DNA of 64,000 nt from Podarcis liolepis (lineage: Eukaryota): assembly GCA_965112155.1 (NCBI GenBank), contig OZ218100.1; one strand, given 5' to 3'. Numbering within the stretch: the stretch's first letter is position 1; every line of letters starts with the position of its first letter. Position numbers and translations under genes: made by a program. A model generated the notes under the pieces. It was not told where the DNA came from. It did not search any database and saw only the letters and a program-made list of their open reading frames with translations. Shown here one piece after another: positions 24,628 through 36,264 of the stretch.

Positions 24628-26094
24628 ATTTAAATGAGAGGGGAAATGAGAAAGCTATGTTTATTGCAGGAAATACATGCTTGATAGGAAAGATCCTAAT
24701 TCTGTCTAACCCAAGCAAAGAAGTATTGAGCCATGCTTGCTCTTCTACCCCAGCAGGAGAGAGATAGAGGTGTCTCCTCTCTCTCCAGATGGGGATGAAA
24801 AAGAAGGAAGTAGGAAGTCAGCCCGACCTTAAGAGTATCAGTGAGCACCTGAGGGCAGGTCAGCACAGATTAGGTCAGAAGAGACAATCTAGGAAAGCTG
24901 GAGGCTCCTTTTTTCTAGATACTGTTTCCCATGAAAACACATCAGCTTCTAGCACAAGCTGAGTTCCATCCCAACACTTCCCACAAAGAATTTGCATTAT
25001 CTATAAATTACAAACAAATGTTGCCTTTGAATTGTGGGTTTGTTTTTATTCATCTACCAAATGGGAAGCAGAGTGTGTTTTTGGATAGCTCTTTTATTGC
25101 TCATCTGAAACGGCCCCAGAAAAAAAAAATTCTTTTGGTGGTGATAAAATATTTATGATGGGATGAAAAAAAAGTGTCCATATGAATAGTACAGGAAATG
25201 AGAGAACATGCCTTCAAGATGCTTCACATTTTCTTTACTCAGGAAAGAGTAGGATGGGGAATTGTAGATAACTTGTTTATTGGCAATGATGCTCCTTCAG
25301 TATCTAGTTTTGCCCTGTATTAAAAATTCCATATCTTGAAGCCAAAAAAAAAAAATGCTAGGAAGGGAATTAAAAGAGGAGAATGCACTTGAACTAACGG
25401 CAGGGAGATTTAAAGAGCACACATCAGCAGAAAAGCATGGAGAAACCTACAGTACACTGACTTCATTGATACCCCATTTATCAGCAATTACTGACTCCAT
25501 TAAATGCAGAGTTTACAGCAGACGGAGAGGCAGAGCCTAAAATATGTCCCAACAGATGGACGGAGAGTGTCAGTGATGCTGTATTTCAAAGGCATCTGCG
25601 ACTTTGTTATCGTCGTACGCGGAGTCAGGAAGACAGCAGAGGGAAGGAATGGACTAAGGGCCAGCAAATGATTTACTTGACCTGCATGGGCAGAACTGAG
25701 AGGGAAAACCTCATTAATTCCCTGGGTCATTCTGGAAGACATTAATTTGGTTTAGACTCAGGACGTCGGGAGATTTTCCAGACGTGCACCAGGAATTATG
25801 AAATCTCTATAGCCGGAGGAAAGTATGTCCAAATCACTTTCAGCATAAATCACACTGACTTTGTGAAGCCGGGTAATATGCTTAATCAGGGGAGTTATGG
25901 AACTTCTTGTACTTATTAGACAGAAAATACGACAATATTTTATGTAATTATCAGTCTGGGAAGGATTGCTCCTCGCTCCTCCCTTTGAGTGCTATCCTCC
26001 TTGCCAGAGGTGAACTGGAAGAAGATGTGAAGAACTCCCAAACTTCATATTTTCAATGTAATGATGTACTGCATGCTTTTATGTACACAGATGT

Positions 26095-26300
26095 GTGCAC
26101 ACACACATCACACATTTAAAACACTATGATACTACTTTAAACCATCATGGGGCCCCCAAAGAATTCTGGGAATTATAGTTTTTTAAGGTTGATGAGAGTT
26201 GTTAGGAGACTCCTATTCCCTCACAGAGCTACAGTTTACAGAGTTCCCTGTTAAAAGAGAGTGGTTGTTAAAACACTCTGGGGACTGTAGTTCTGTACCA
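26095..26300. mobile_element. Palindromic non-autonomous DNA element (PIF/Harbinger-like), partial
   Basis: aaagaattctgggaattatagttt...cacagagctaca motifs also at 40930, 53010, 60860. Confidence 0.5.
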
Positions 26301-27658
26301 GCTGGCCCCAAAACACCCAGTGAGTTTTCAGGATAAGTGGGGTCTCCTTAATATAAATATCCCATTATCTTTATCTCCTGCTTCAGCCTCGGTCTGGTCC
26401 TTGGTACAAAATCATCAGCTAAGAAATAATATTCGCCTCACACAAGCTAAAGTAGCTTGGGACATTGAAGAGCTGGGTTGTAATACCACTTAATTGTGTA
26501 TCAATCCATTTCAAGTATTCTTAATTATATATAAAGGATAAATGAGGATTTACTGGTAGATGATTGGATGATTTGTACTAGATCTGCAAGAGCTTCTGAT
26601 TCCTAATTGTTTAACAAGAGGCTCTTCTTTTCTGCTTTCAAATTAAGCTCTGGCGATCTGTAGAAACTGGGTTGTAGATTTGTTCTTGTCATCCCCATAC
26701 ATGGTTCATGGGGCACAGTGGGTAATTATCACTGCCGCTGGGGCCACCATTTTGGATCTGATTCCACCCCTCTTTCACCATTATTTTGTACCTGGCTGTG
26801 GTTGAGGGTTGTAGTAAAAGATCCCAAAGTAGATTACACAAGGTCTGCCCATACCTGGTCTATAACAATTCCTAGTTGACCATTGCCTTTATATCTTGAG
26901 GGGGAGGCGGAAATAGCAGCTAACAAATATGTCTGGAAAGAGTAATCTGTACATACCTTCAAAACCACATATACAGCAGAGAATGCCATGCTTTGTGAAA
27001 ATTGCAACCCATCATGTTTACAGAAGGGTTATCTCTTCTCCCCAAAGAACATGCATTAGAACTTTTTACTCATTCAGCACTGGATACTCCCTATCAACAA
27101 GAGCCTTCCTAGATGGGAGAAAGAGGCAAATTAATCTTAAAAAGAGACAATTTAAGGGAGTTGGACTATAAGTTGGAGTTCATTAGAAGGCCATAAAGCA
27201 TTGCTGTCTAACAAGCTATGTTCTCCAGACAGCACTCCAGTAAGCAATATTGTCTGCTTAAATGGATCCTCGCCTATAACAAGAAAGCAACCATTTCTTA
27301 GCAGAGTTATTTTTTACCATGAACATTCTGTAAATAAACTTCAGGTTGCCAGATCTCCTGATTTCAAGAATACATAGACAAGGACTGATCTGTTTCGCAC
27401 CAAGGAATGTCTTGAGTTTGCAGATTTGCTTAGAAAAGGAAGTGAACAGCAATTTAAATCTTCAATACACATCAAAGTATTACACTTCCAGCTTACCCTC
27501 TAACCATATACACTAGCCATATTTAAGCACTTTAAGACTGCAATCCTGCACACACAGAAACATTTGCTTCCGTGTAAACACACATGTGTTCATTGCCTTG
27601 AATGGGAAAGGTAACAGAATGAAAGAAAAGACACACCTTGGTCACCTCAAAAGTAAGG

Positions 27659-27945
27659 TAGAATCATAGGATTTTAGAGTTGGAAGGTGTCCTCACAGGT
27701 CTTTTGGTCCAACCTCCTGCAATGTAGGAATCATGGCCTGACAAGCGGCCATCCAACTTCTGTTTAAAAACCTCCAATGAAGGAGAGTCCACTACCTTCC
27801 AAGGGAGTCCATTCCACTGTCAAACAGCTCTAACGATCAGAAAATTATTCCTAATATTTAGTTGGAATCTCCCTGAATCCATTGGTTCAGCTCCTACCCT
27901 CTGAAGTAGCCAAAAACAGTCTTCCATGTGACAGCCCTTCAGATA
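27659..27945 (-). mobile_element. CR1 LINE 3' fragment (older)
   Basis: tagaatcatag tail; aaaaacctccaatgaaggagagtccactacc and ttccactgtcaaacagctct are antisense to the CR1 end at 37830-37900. Confidence 0.85.
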
Positions 27946-30384
27946 GGCATGTGCAACAGAAGCCCTGGACTTCTAAGAATGTCACTGGCATCTATTTGAT
28001 TATTTTTGATAGTGATTTCTTTTCACATTAATTGATGGGGAGTGTTCGAGAAAATCTCAGGGTGAATTTCTGGCACAGCAGAGAGGCCGTATCCAATGTT
28101 CCCAACCTGCCTGAGTAAGAGCCCTTGAGCTGGTGGATGGCAGAGATTGCACCATTAAGAAATCCAACACAACAGTACTCTAGTGGAATCTTGGGCAATG
28201 GCTGGTTCCTGTTGTGCAATCTATTGCAGCCATGGATGAAAGCAACACAAGACCACAGAATGTGATGACTGGGTTCACCTTTTCCCTCCATGCTTCAGTT
28301 TCATCAATAATCATTTTCCCACCATTACCTAAAGGTGCTATATACCCTGGAGGGGGACCTCCATTGGTTTCATGTGATCTTTGGCAGGCTTGTCCAACAA
28401 TCCCCACAATGCATTAGAGAGGCAGAGGAAGCCATTTTCAAAATTCAAGAATGGATATATCTTGGATCTCTCTTCTCTTCTTTTCTTTTTTCTTTTCTAG
28501 GAAGCCAATGGACATGTCTTGACTGTCAAATAGACTGCAGTTACCTTGCAGGTATAGATTTGAAGTTTTATGCTTTACTTCTAACTTCCATTCTGTGGAA
28601 TGCAGATCCAGATATCTTTAAAAGGAAGGTGAAGATCAGCAAGCCATTTAATGAAAACCAATTATATTGTAGAAATATAGCTCCTGCAGCAGGGGTAAGC
28701 AACATGGTGCCCTGATGATATTGTTGAACTCCAGCACCTATTAACCTCTGCCAGCATAGACAATGGTCAGGGATTATGGTTGCTGGACTCCTAACAACAT
28801 ACCACTGTCCTACAAGAGAATATCTTAGTTGGAAAGAAGGAACTGTATGTGTGTGGTCGTTACCTGAAGTAGATGTTAGGGAATAGGATGGGGAGTGACA
28901 TTCATATTAGAAAGTGGAATTGATGACTGTGAAATCACTTGTGGTTCAAAGATCCCATTCAGTGATGTAACTAAGAACCTTGTCTGTTCAGTTGCTGAGC
29001 TGTGCTTTGATATAGACTTTACCCCAAAGAATGCTATCCATGTCTAAGCAGGAAGGGGACCCCTAAATATTTCTTCTCCTGGCCATTCTGAATATGTAAT
29101 AGTTTATGATGAACAATTGTTAACTGGTTCCCTGGAAGGTATCCAGGTGAATAAAAGTCTCCTTGTGGAACACATCTGGATGAAGCAAAGAGCATGTGAT
29201 TATCTAATAAAGGAAAGGTTAAGGAATGTAAAAGCATCAAACCGCCTTAAAATAGGCTAAATATGCAGTCACAAAATCTGGGGGATATTGGACACGAAAA
29301 GGTTTCCAGACTATGACAGTCATGTTAAATGCTTCTGCTCTATGTACAAATTCTCTTTCGCATGGTGAAACATTAGTCCATAAGAGGATGTGAATTATGG
29401 TACACCAACTCTGACACAGAAAAACAGAACTAGACCATAAAAAGAGGGGAGGATATTTGGACAGAGACAGCCCTTGAGCACAAACTGTGCAAGTTATCTG
29501 GCTGCTGCTTTGACTCCTCAACCATCAATCTTTATTTTGCCCAGTAAGCCAATTGCTTCTAGGGCAAAATTCCTTTCTCAACCATACCAGCAAAAATAAA
29601 CAGCACCCGGAGATTATCCTGAGTGGAAGGAACTGGTCTTTGTTGGTTCGCAATAAGCCTTTTACAATACATTGCTTAGTAATTAATAATTACATCCTTA
29701 GTGTTCATTGTGATTTTTATTTATTTATTAAATTTATAACCCACCCAAAGAGCCCAATTTAATGTCTACAGTGTGTCACTCTGGGATCCTTGGATGAAAA
29801 GCAGACCAGAAATGCCCCTTCCTCTCTGTTTGACATTTTCTGGTAATGGACAACTTGGGAGAGGTTTCAAAATGTATCAAGCTGGCCATTAAAAAAAAAA
29901 GTCTTCTGAGGTTCTGCACTGGTTCTGAAGCTTCGGGGATTTGTTTCAGCCCAGGATAAATTTTAAGTTCTCCTAATATCTCTGAAGCAGAAAGCTTCAG
30001 CTCCGATTAATACTCCATGCACAGTCCTCATACGTACCATGCACAGTAGTGAAAACCTGCAGTGTAGAATATTTCTCCAATATCCTGTATCCCAGCCATT
30101 ACTTGGGACCAATGTTGAATGCCTACCAGAATCTGCTCAGATATAGTTCTTTATTATTTTACCTTCAGAGCTACTACACCCAAGGCCAATTCCCCAGTGA
30201 TATGAAATTGTGAAGGGGAAACATGCACACAGCAGAATGTGCATCCATGTCTATTTGGACCCACTTCCTTGTGGCCAGAATTACATTTCCACATAGTGAA
30301 GGGGAAGATAATAGATAAGAAAATAAGGTGATTCTGCTGGGTCAGGCCAGCTGCCCATCTAGTCCATCATCCTGTCCTCACAGT

Positions 30385-30855
30385 CTTCCTCTTCTTTAGC
30401 GATCACATGGTCTTAACAGTGAGTCCATAAGTGACTGTGGAGGCCATTTCTGGGTCCACACGTCCTTCCACAGTGGGGACACAGGTTTCTGGGTGGGAGT
30501 TGTTGATGGTGAGGGTTTGCCAAACGGGCCTTCCTCTTAGCATGTTTCTCCCTTTCATCCTGAGTTCAAGCATCTTCAAAGTCCATGACACCTTTGGTAA
30601 AGGCTGTTCTCCAATTGGAGCACTTGCAGTCCAGTGTTTCCCAGTTGTTGGTGTTTATACTACATTTTTTTAGATTTGCCTTGAGAGAGTCTTTAAACCT
30701 TATTTGTTGACCCCCAGAATTACACTTTCCATTTTTAAGTTTGGAATAGGGTAGTTGATTTGGCAGACAACAACCAGGCATCCAAACAACATGACCAGTC
30801 CAACGAAGTTGATGTTGAAGAATCATTGCTTCGACACTGGTGACCTTTGCCAGAA
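30385..30855 (-). mobile_element. RTE-clade LINE 3' fragment
   Basis: Minus translation QLRWTGHVVWMP..LPNQLPYSKLKNG..GGQQIRFKDSLKANLKKC..WE; terminal C2H2 motif CPHCGRTCGPRNGLHSHLWTH at about 30417-30488; AAG-rich tail. Confidence 0.88.
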
Positions 30856-31916
30856 TTTGTTCTTTATTGCAGGTATTAATATTGTACAGTTTGAAGCGAC
30901 TGGATGCATAAATGCTGGCTCCTTTTGTGCAATGGAGGAAAATACAGATAAATAATTGGGTCAGGTTTCCAAACACTTGACAACCATGGATTCCTACGTC
31001 ATCACAATGCCTGCCTGCCAAATAGATATGTCAATATTGGGAGACGTCTTTTTAGTTCTTCAGTTTATCGAATGGAGCAATAATTCCAGAAGCCTCAATG
31101 ACTGTAGAAATAATGTTAGTTTCCTCTCCCGCCACCCCAAGATGCCATTTTGGAAGGATAATAATGCTGCGATTTATGTCATCCTTTTGGTCTGATCATA
31201 TAATGATCCGATGGAACTGAGGCATCTGCTGCTTCCTGGAAAGAAGATTTCCATAAGTCATGTCAAGTCAGTTGGCTGCGTGTAACATCTTTACAACAGG
31301 CCAGTTTCCGAAAATTTTAACTTCAGTGTTGTTTTCTGCAGCCTGCGTGTCTATCGGGATGCATCTGGATTCATGGGAATGGGGCTATATATATCATATA
31401 TTGACAAGTCTTTCACAGGCACTCACAATATGATGTATGGTTTCAATTCATTTATTGCACAGGTTTCACAGAATATTCTGCTCTCATTGAGGATGTTTTG
31501 GCATCGTGCTTCGTTTTTATTGCCAGACCTTGAATGAATATTTTTTTTAAGTGATAAAGTAATGGAATTTGTCCTTTAATAGTTTGATTTAATGTTTCTA
31601 TCAGAGGAAGCAAAGTCTGGGATAATTGCCCTAAGGCAAAAATGGGATCAAGGAATCTCACCATTTTGAGTGATGAGGATCTCTTGTGCAGAGACTGTTG
31701 AGATCTAGAAAGGTTTCCCCTTTGTTTCCCTTCATAAATATTTTTTTGTGAAGAATAGCACTCAGAAATGAAAGGATGGGCCAAGCAGATGCGTTTCCAT
31801 TGTCTCTTTTTGAGCTTGTTATACATTTTTCCCCCACATCTGGCTTCATGCAAGTTGAAGGGGAAGGGGAAGGCAAAGGCAGCCTGTAGCCAGGCATGGT
31901 GCAGTTGCTCAGATCA

Positions 31917-32177
31917 GGAAGAAGAAGAAGAAGAAGAGGAAGAGTTAGGATTTGATATCCCACTTTATCACTACCCGAAGGAGTCTCAAAGCGGCTAACA
32001 TTCTCCTTTCCCTTCCTCCCCCACAACAAACACTCTGTGAGGTGAGTGGGGCTGAGAGACTTCAGAGAAGTGTGACTAGCCCAAGGTCACCCAGCAGCTG
32101 CAGGTGGAGGAGCAGAGACACGAACCCGGTTCCCCAGATTACGAGTCTACCGCTTTTAACCACTACACCACACTGGC
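31917..32177 (-). mobile_element. tRNA/CORE-type SINE (Squam2-like), full length, with (TTC)n tail
   Basis: Minus strand begins gccagtgtggtgtagtggttaa (A box) ... gggttcgtgtc (B box); the tail reads (GAA)n at 31917-31945 on the plus strand. Confidence 0.85.
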
Positions 32178-32218
32178 GTATATTCACTGAAGTAGTGAAT
32201 TCACCAAAGTTCCTTTGA

Positions 32219-32405
32219 GGAAGAGCCATAGCTCAGAGGTAATGCATGTGCTTTACATGCAGAAGGTCCCAGGTTCAATCCCCAGCAATTCCAGGTAGGC
32301 CTGGGAATGTCCCCTGCCTGAAATCCTGAAGGACTATTGCTAATCAGTATGGTAGACAGACCAATGGTCTGACTCAGTATAAGGCAGCCTTTTGTGTTCT
32401 ATGTA
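32219..32405 (+). mobile_element. tRNA-derived SINE (Squam3-like)
   Basis: gccatagctcagaggta...aaggtcccaggttcaatcccc head and ggtctgactcagtataaggcagc 3' end. Confidence 0.8.
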
Positions 32406-32529
32406 TGTCCCATAATTCTCTGGTTCCGAATGCGAAAGCTGGAAGTTTGAGGACAGCGCCACACAACCCTTCGAGCTCTCCTCCAGAATGGACTGCAATC
32501 TGAACCAGAGAAAAGTTCCTCTCACCAAC

Positions 32530-32924
32530 TAGGGGTGGGTGAGAAATCCATTCTGTTCACTTTTGTAGAACGCAATTTGCGCTCTACAAATGAATGTGTG
32601 AACCGAAAAGCAGCTGTCCTTCTAAACTCACACTTCCTTCAGCTTTTGTGATTTGGTTCCCCAAGCAGAAACATGTCGAAAATACACATCTCAGGAGAAA
32701 AAGCTCTCAGAACTGTGGGTGTTAGTGTCCAAAACTGCATCAGACTAGGGAAAATTGTCTGCAAAGGAAATGCATCTGTTAAGTAAAAGTGCAAATATTG
32801 GAGCCCCCCCCCAAGTTGATAGCATTGCCATTCAAATGGGGTGTGTGCACCACATCTTGTGATTGGTTATGCAGGGTGGGGCTCACCTGCCCCCCTAATA
32901 TTTTATTCATGTTGGCAACCCCTG
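32530..32924. mobile_element. Partial 'TAGGGATGGG' hAT element abutting a fragment of a second hAT-like family
   Basis: 32530-32790 resembles the 44550 copy; 32800-32924 (cattcaaatgg.gtgtgtgca..gtgatt..aatatttta..cccctg) resembles 60616-60792. Confidence 0.55.
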
Positions 32925-33734
32925 TTCAGGTGGGTGTTTTAAATGGATGGTATGTATGCAGCCTGTATCTTTCTTTCTCTCTCTTTTATCCTTTTTTTAA
33001 AAAAACAACTGGTTTTCCTTCACAAAATTATCCATTGCAATCCTCACTCCAGGTTTTTTATCTGCAGACTTCAGTGTGTGTTTCATTTACCTTGTGAGCT
33101 GATAAGCCCCTTCACACATATTGATAATGGGACGAAATCCGTACCCACCCCCTCCCCCAGGGCTCCAACATTATTAGGTTGCTTGGGTGTTGACAAGAGC
33201 AAGGTTCACCCTGTTAAAATGTAGGCCTGGAATGTTCACAACTTTTCCCTGTCAGAGGGGATTGTCTTCGCCTGTTCCTGTTTTCCTATCTAGGCCTCAC
33301 ACAGGGAGAGCGATAGTCAGTAGTGCGCACCCTTCAATTTACAGGCTTTGTCATGAAGGATAGTGGTAGGCCGTTGCTCTTGGTGAATAAGATAAATGCT
33401 CTTGTCCAAGCTGGTAAAACCATCTGGCTTGTCTGTCATTTGCCACTTAGTTAGAACAAGCTCATGTGTGTAGGAGTCATGCCACTTAATTTGTTGGTCC
33501 AGTCAGGCTTGAAGACCACAGTGGATGCAACAGTGGAGCAAAACCTCTTTTTTTGGAAGACATGGCATTCTTGGTGATAGCAGCAGTTCATTAACGTCAT
33601 CTGCTTGTTTTGGAAGGACAGCAATGCAAAGGACTTGCTGAGTCCAAGTGTACAGGGTCACACTGTTACTCTGAATTTAAATAGCACACCCAAATACTTC
33701 TCTCTCCCACCTTCCCATGCTGTAGTAGTAGTAA

Positions 33735-34070
33735 ACACTAAATTTTTATTGCTTTTTTACAGCAACAGATATAGAACAATTTAAAAAAAACAGTAAGTTC
33801 ACAGCTTAGTAAGTATACATGAGAAAATGTCAAATTTGGGGTTACAGGGAGATGAAGCCTTGCAACAAGGAACAGGGAATTGCTCCAAAAGTTGATCTTG
33901 TCAACAGATGGCTGAAGCTTTCTATCCCTTATATTTGCATATATAATAAATTGGAAGCATGTCTGTAAGAGCTTAGTTGTGTGGCTTTCTTCTCGAGCAT
34001 TTCTGTCCTGTTTAGGTAATTTTTCATCTATAGCCAGCTGCCGGACCCACACATGGTAGTTTTAACTGAC
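33735..34070 (-). mobile_element. Probable L1/Tx1-clade LINE 3' fragment
   Basis: Minus ORF W..LAIDEKL...FQFIIY resembles squamate L1 ORF2 C-termini; polyA-signal-like tttattg at the 3' end. Confidence 0.4.
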
Positions 34071-34314
34071 TTGCATCAAGGTAAAGTTGGAGTTTAGGAG
34101 GCTGGAACCTTCCATTTCCCTGTGTGGCTATGACACAAAGCTCTAGCAATGTTTACACCCAAGTAGCTCGAGCTACCAAAGGACAGAGATTGACCCAGCA
34201 AGGACCTCAACTGAGTTTGTTCAAGCCACAGGATAGTCATGCATAATATCTCTGATTTACCATAATTTCAAAGCCAGCATGTTTACAGAACTCAGTTCAG
34301 TGCTCAGTTAAGTA

Positions 34315-34611
34315 CAGTGGTGCCTCGCAAGACGAAATTAATCCGTTCCGCGAGTCTCTTCGTCTTGCAGTTTTTTCGTCTTGCGAAGCACGGCTATTAG
34401 CGGCTTAGCGGCTATTAACGGCTTAGCGGCTATTAACGGCTTAGCGGCTTTAAGAAAAAGGAAACAAACTCACAAGAACTCGCAAGACATTTCGTCTTGC
34501 AAAGCAAGCCCATAGGGAAATTTGTCTTGCGGAACGACTCAAAAAATGGAAAACTCTTTCGTCTTGCGCGTTTTTCGTCTTGCAAGGCATTCGTCTTGCG
34601 AGGTACCACTG
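34315..34611. mobile_element. Tc1/mariner-pogo MITE with internal repeats
   Basis: TA|cagtggtgcctcgcaagacgaa ... ttcgtcttgcgaggtaccactg|TA; 22-bp near-perfect TIR. Confidence 0.92.
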
Positions 34612-35454
34612 TATTGGAATTGCCTGAAGGGAATTGCTGAACAGTACAAGAATATTATCAGCAAGAAGTTTAAAATTCTGCTTCCTGCCACTTACTGGAG
34701 AAGTGGGAGGAGCTTTGGGGGGTTAGAAATGGAGGAGCCTAAGGTAGGTCCCAGCAGGATGGGGTTGAGTTGTGGGGAGGAGGTGCTTGCTAGACTAGAT
34801 TATCTGAACTGCTTCCCTGTCCTGTCACCAGAAAGACGATTTGCAAATAAATAAGTGACCAATAGATTTTTGATACAAAGATCTCATAGACAAAATGTAT
34901 TATTCAACCCAATGAGAAGTCTGCTAGGGAAGATTTCCCTCCTACCCACCTCCATAATTTGCTTTACAATAGTGAAAATATTTTTAGTGGGCAGATAACT
35001 ATCTAAGTTACAAATGAGGAAAGACAAGTTGTGCTGTTTCCCCGCAGCCTCCTAAACACAGCAAATTACACACCTAATAAATGTATCAGCAGCCCATGAA
35101 ATTGACAGTCTGCAGTGAAATAACAGGATTGTTTTGTTTGGAGAAACTGGATTTCAAGGGCCTGGTGGCGAGTGAGAAAAATAGAAGCTAATATTAAGGA
35201 TGCAAAATGAATATTGCTTTTAAATGAGGCAATGTAAGAAGCTTCCTCATGCTGAGTTTGACTGTTGGTTCCTCTATCTCAGCACTGTCTATGCTGTCTG
35301 AAACGGGCTCTGTGGGATGTAAAACTGCAGTCAAGTACAACATTCCTACAGTAGACATGTGACTTGAAGATGGTGTAGTCTGTTGTACTAGTATGGAGGA
35401 GCACACGGCCTCCATGTTTGGATCAGTGTGTGTGTTCTCCATTTTGGATGTTGT

Positions 35455-35798
35455 CAGGGGCGCGGACTTATAAAAAATATTGGGGGGGGGCCGGGAAAGC
35501 TCATGAATAATAAATAAGCTCATGAATATGCAGATAAAGTGGCGCCGCCTCCTCGTGAGCGAATAGGGGAGAGCGTGCTGCGCCTATTAATTAGCTCCGA
35601 AGGAAATTGGGTGGAGCTTTTGCTCGGGAGGGAGGGCAGGAGGCATGCAGCCCGACCCTGTGCATTTTGGGCTGGGGGAGGGGCGGCGGTGGCGCTCTGC
35701 TGGAGGGGCGCCCGAGATTATTGGGGGGGCGGAGCCCCCCCAAACGAATTTTTTAGGGGGCTCAGGCCCCCTCAGGCCCCATGGAGTCGGCACCTATG
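35455..35798. mobile_element. Young GC/CpG-rich non-autonomous hAT element
   Basis: Exact 8-bp TSD gatgttgt at 35447-35454 and 35799-35806; imperfect TIR caggggcgcggact / agtcggcacctatg (10/14). Confidence 0.85.
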
Positions 35799-36264
35799 GA
35801 TGTTGTTGTGTGTTTGGAGAAGTGACTGCTTAGCTGCAGTCACTTGGGACTAACTTCTTTACAGAATAGTTCTGGTTGTTAAGTAACCTAAGCCTGCCTT
35901 CAGGGATATGTCTGTGAACCTGGATGAATCTGTGAGTAAACTATTTTTATATTAACGTTAATCAGATTCTTGTGTTTATTCCTTTTAAGAGGGAAAGGCA
36001 AGGGATTTTACCAGGAAGGAATCTTTAATAGTAAGACTCAGATGAGTCAGCAACAAGCTGATCGCTGCGTGATCTAAAATGGGGGATGTTTGGAACTCTG
36101 CTAGAATATGGAACTTGCTAGTGCAAGTTTGGAAGGATGTTATTAAATAATATATCCTCTCCTGCCTCCCTAATCATCCGCACAGGCTCTCCAGGCATTC
36201 AGACAAAGGTCTCACCCAGCTATACCTGGAGGCCCCATCACCTAATAAGTAAGTCACTCAGAGG

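Noticed and set aside
31452-31853. 133-aa minus ORF beside the RTE fragment as a viral or retrocopy insert
   Set aside because: No recognisable family motifs, and RTE homology ends near 30855.
34390-34450. CRISPR-like repeat array
   Set aside because: Head-to-tail tandem without unique spacers, inside a MITE, in a eukaryotic genome.
36137-36264. 403-aa ORF as a host gene or fusion protein
   Set aside because: The first ~43 codons are chance read-through of flanking DNA into CR1 ORF2; there is no evidence of expression.
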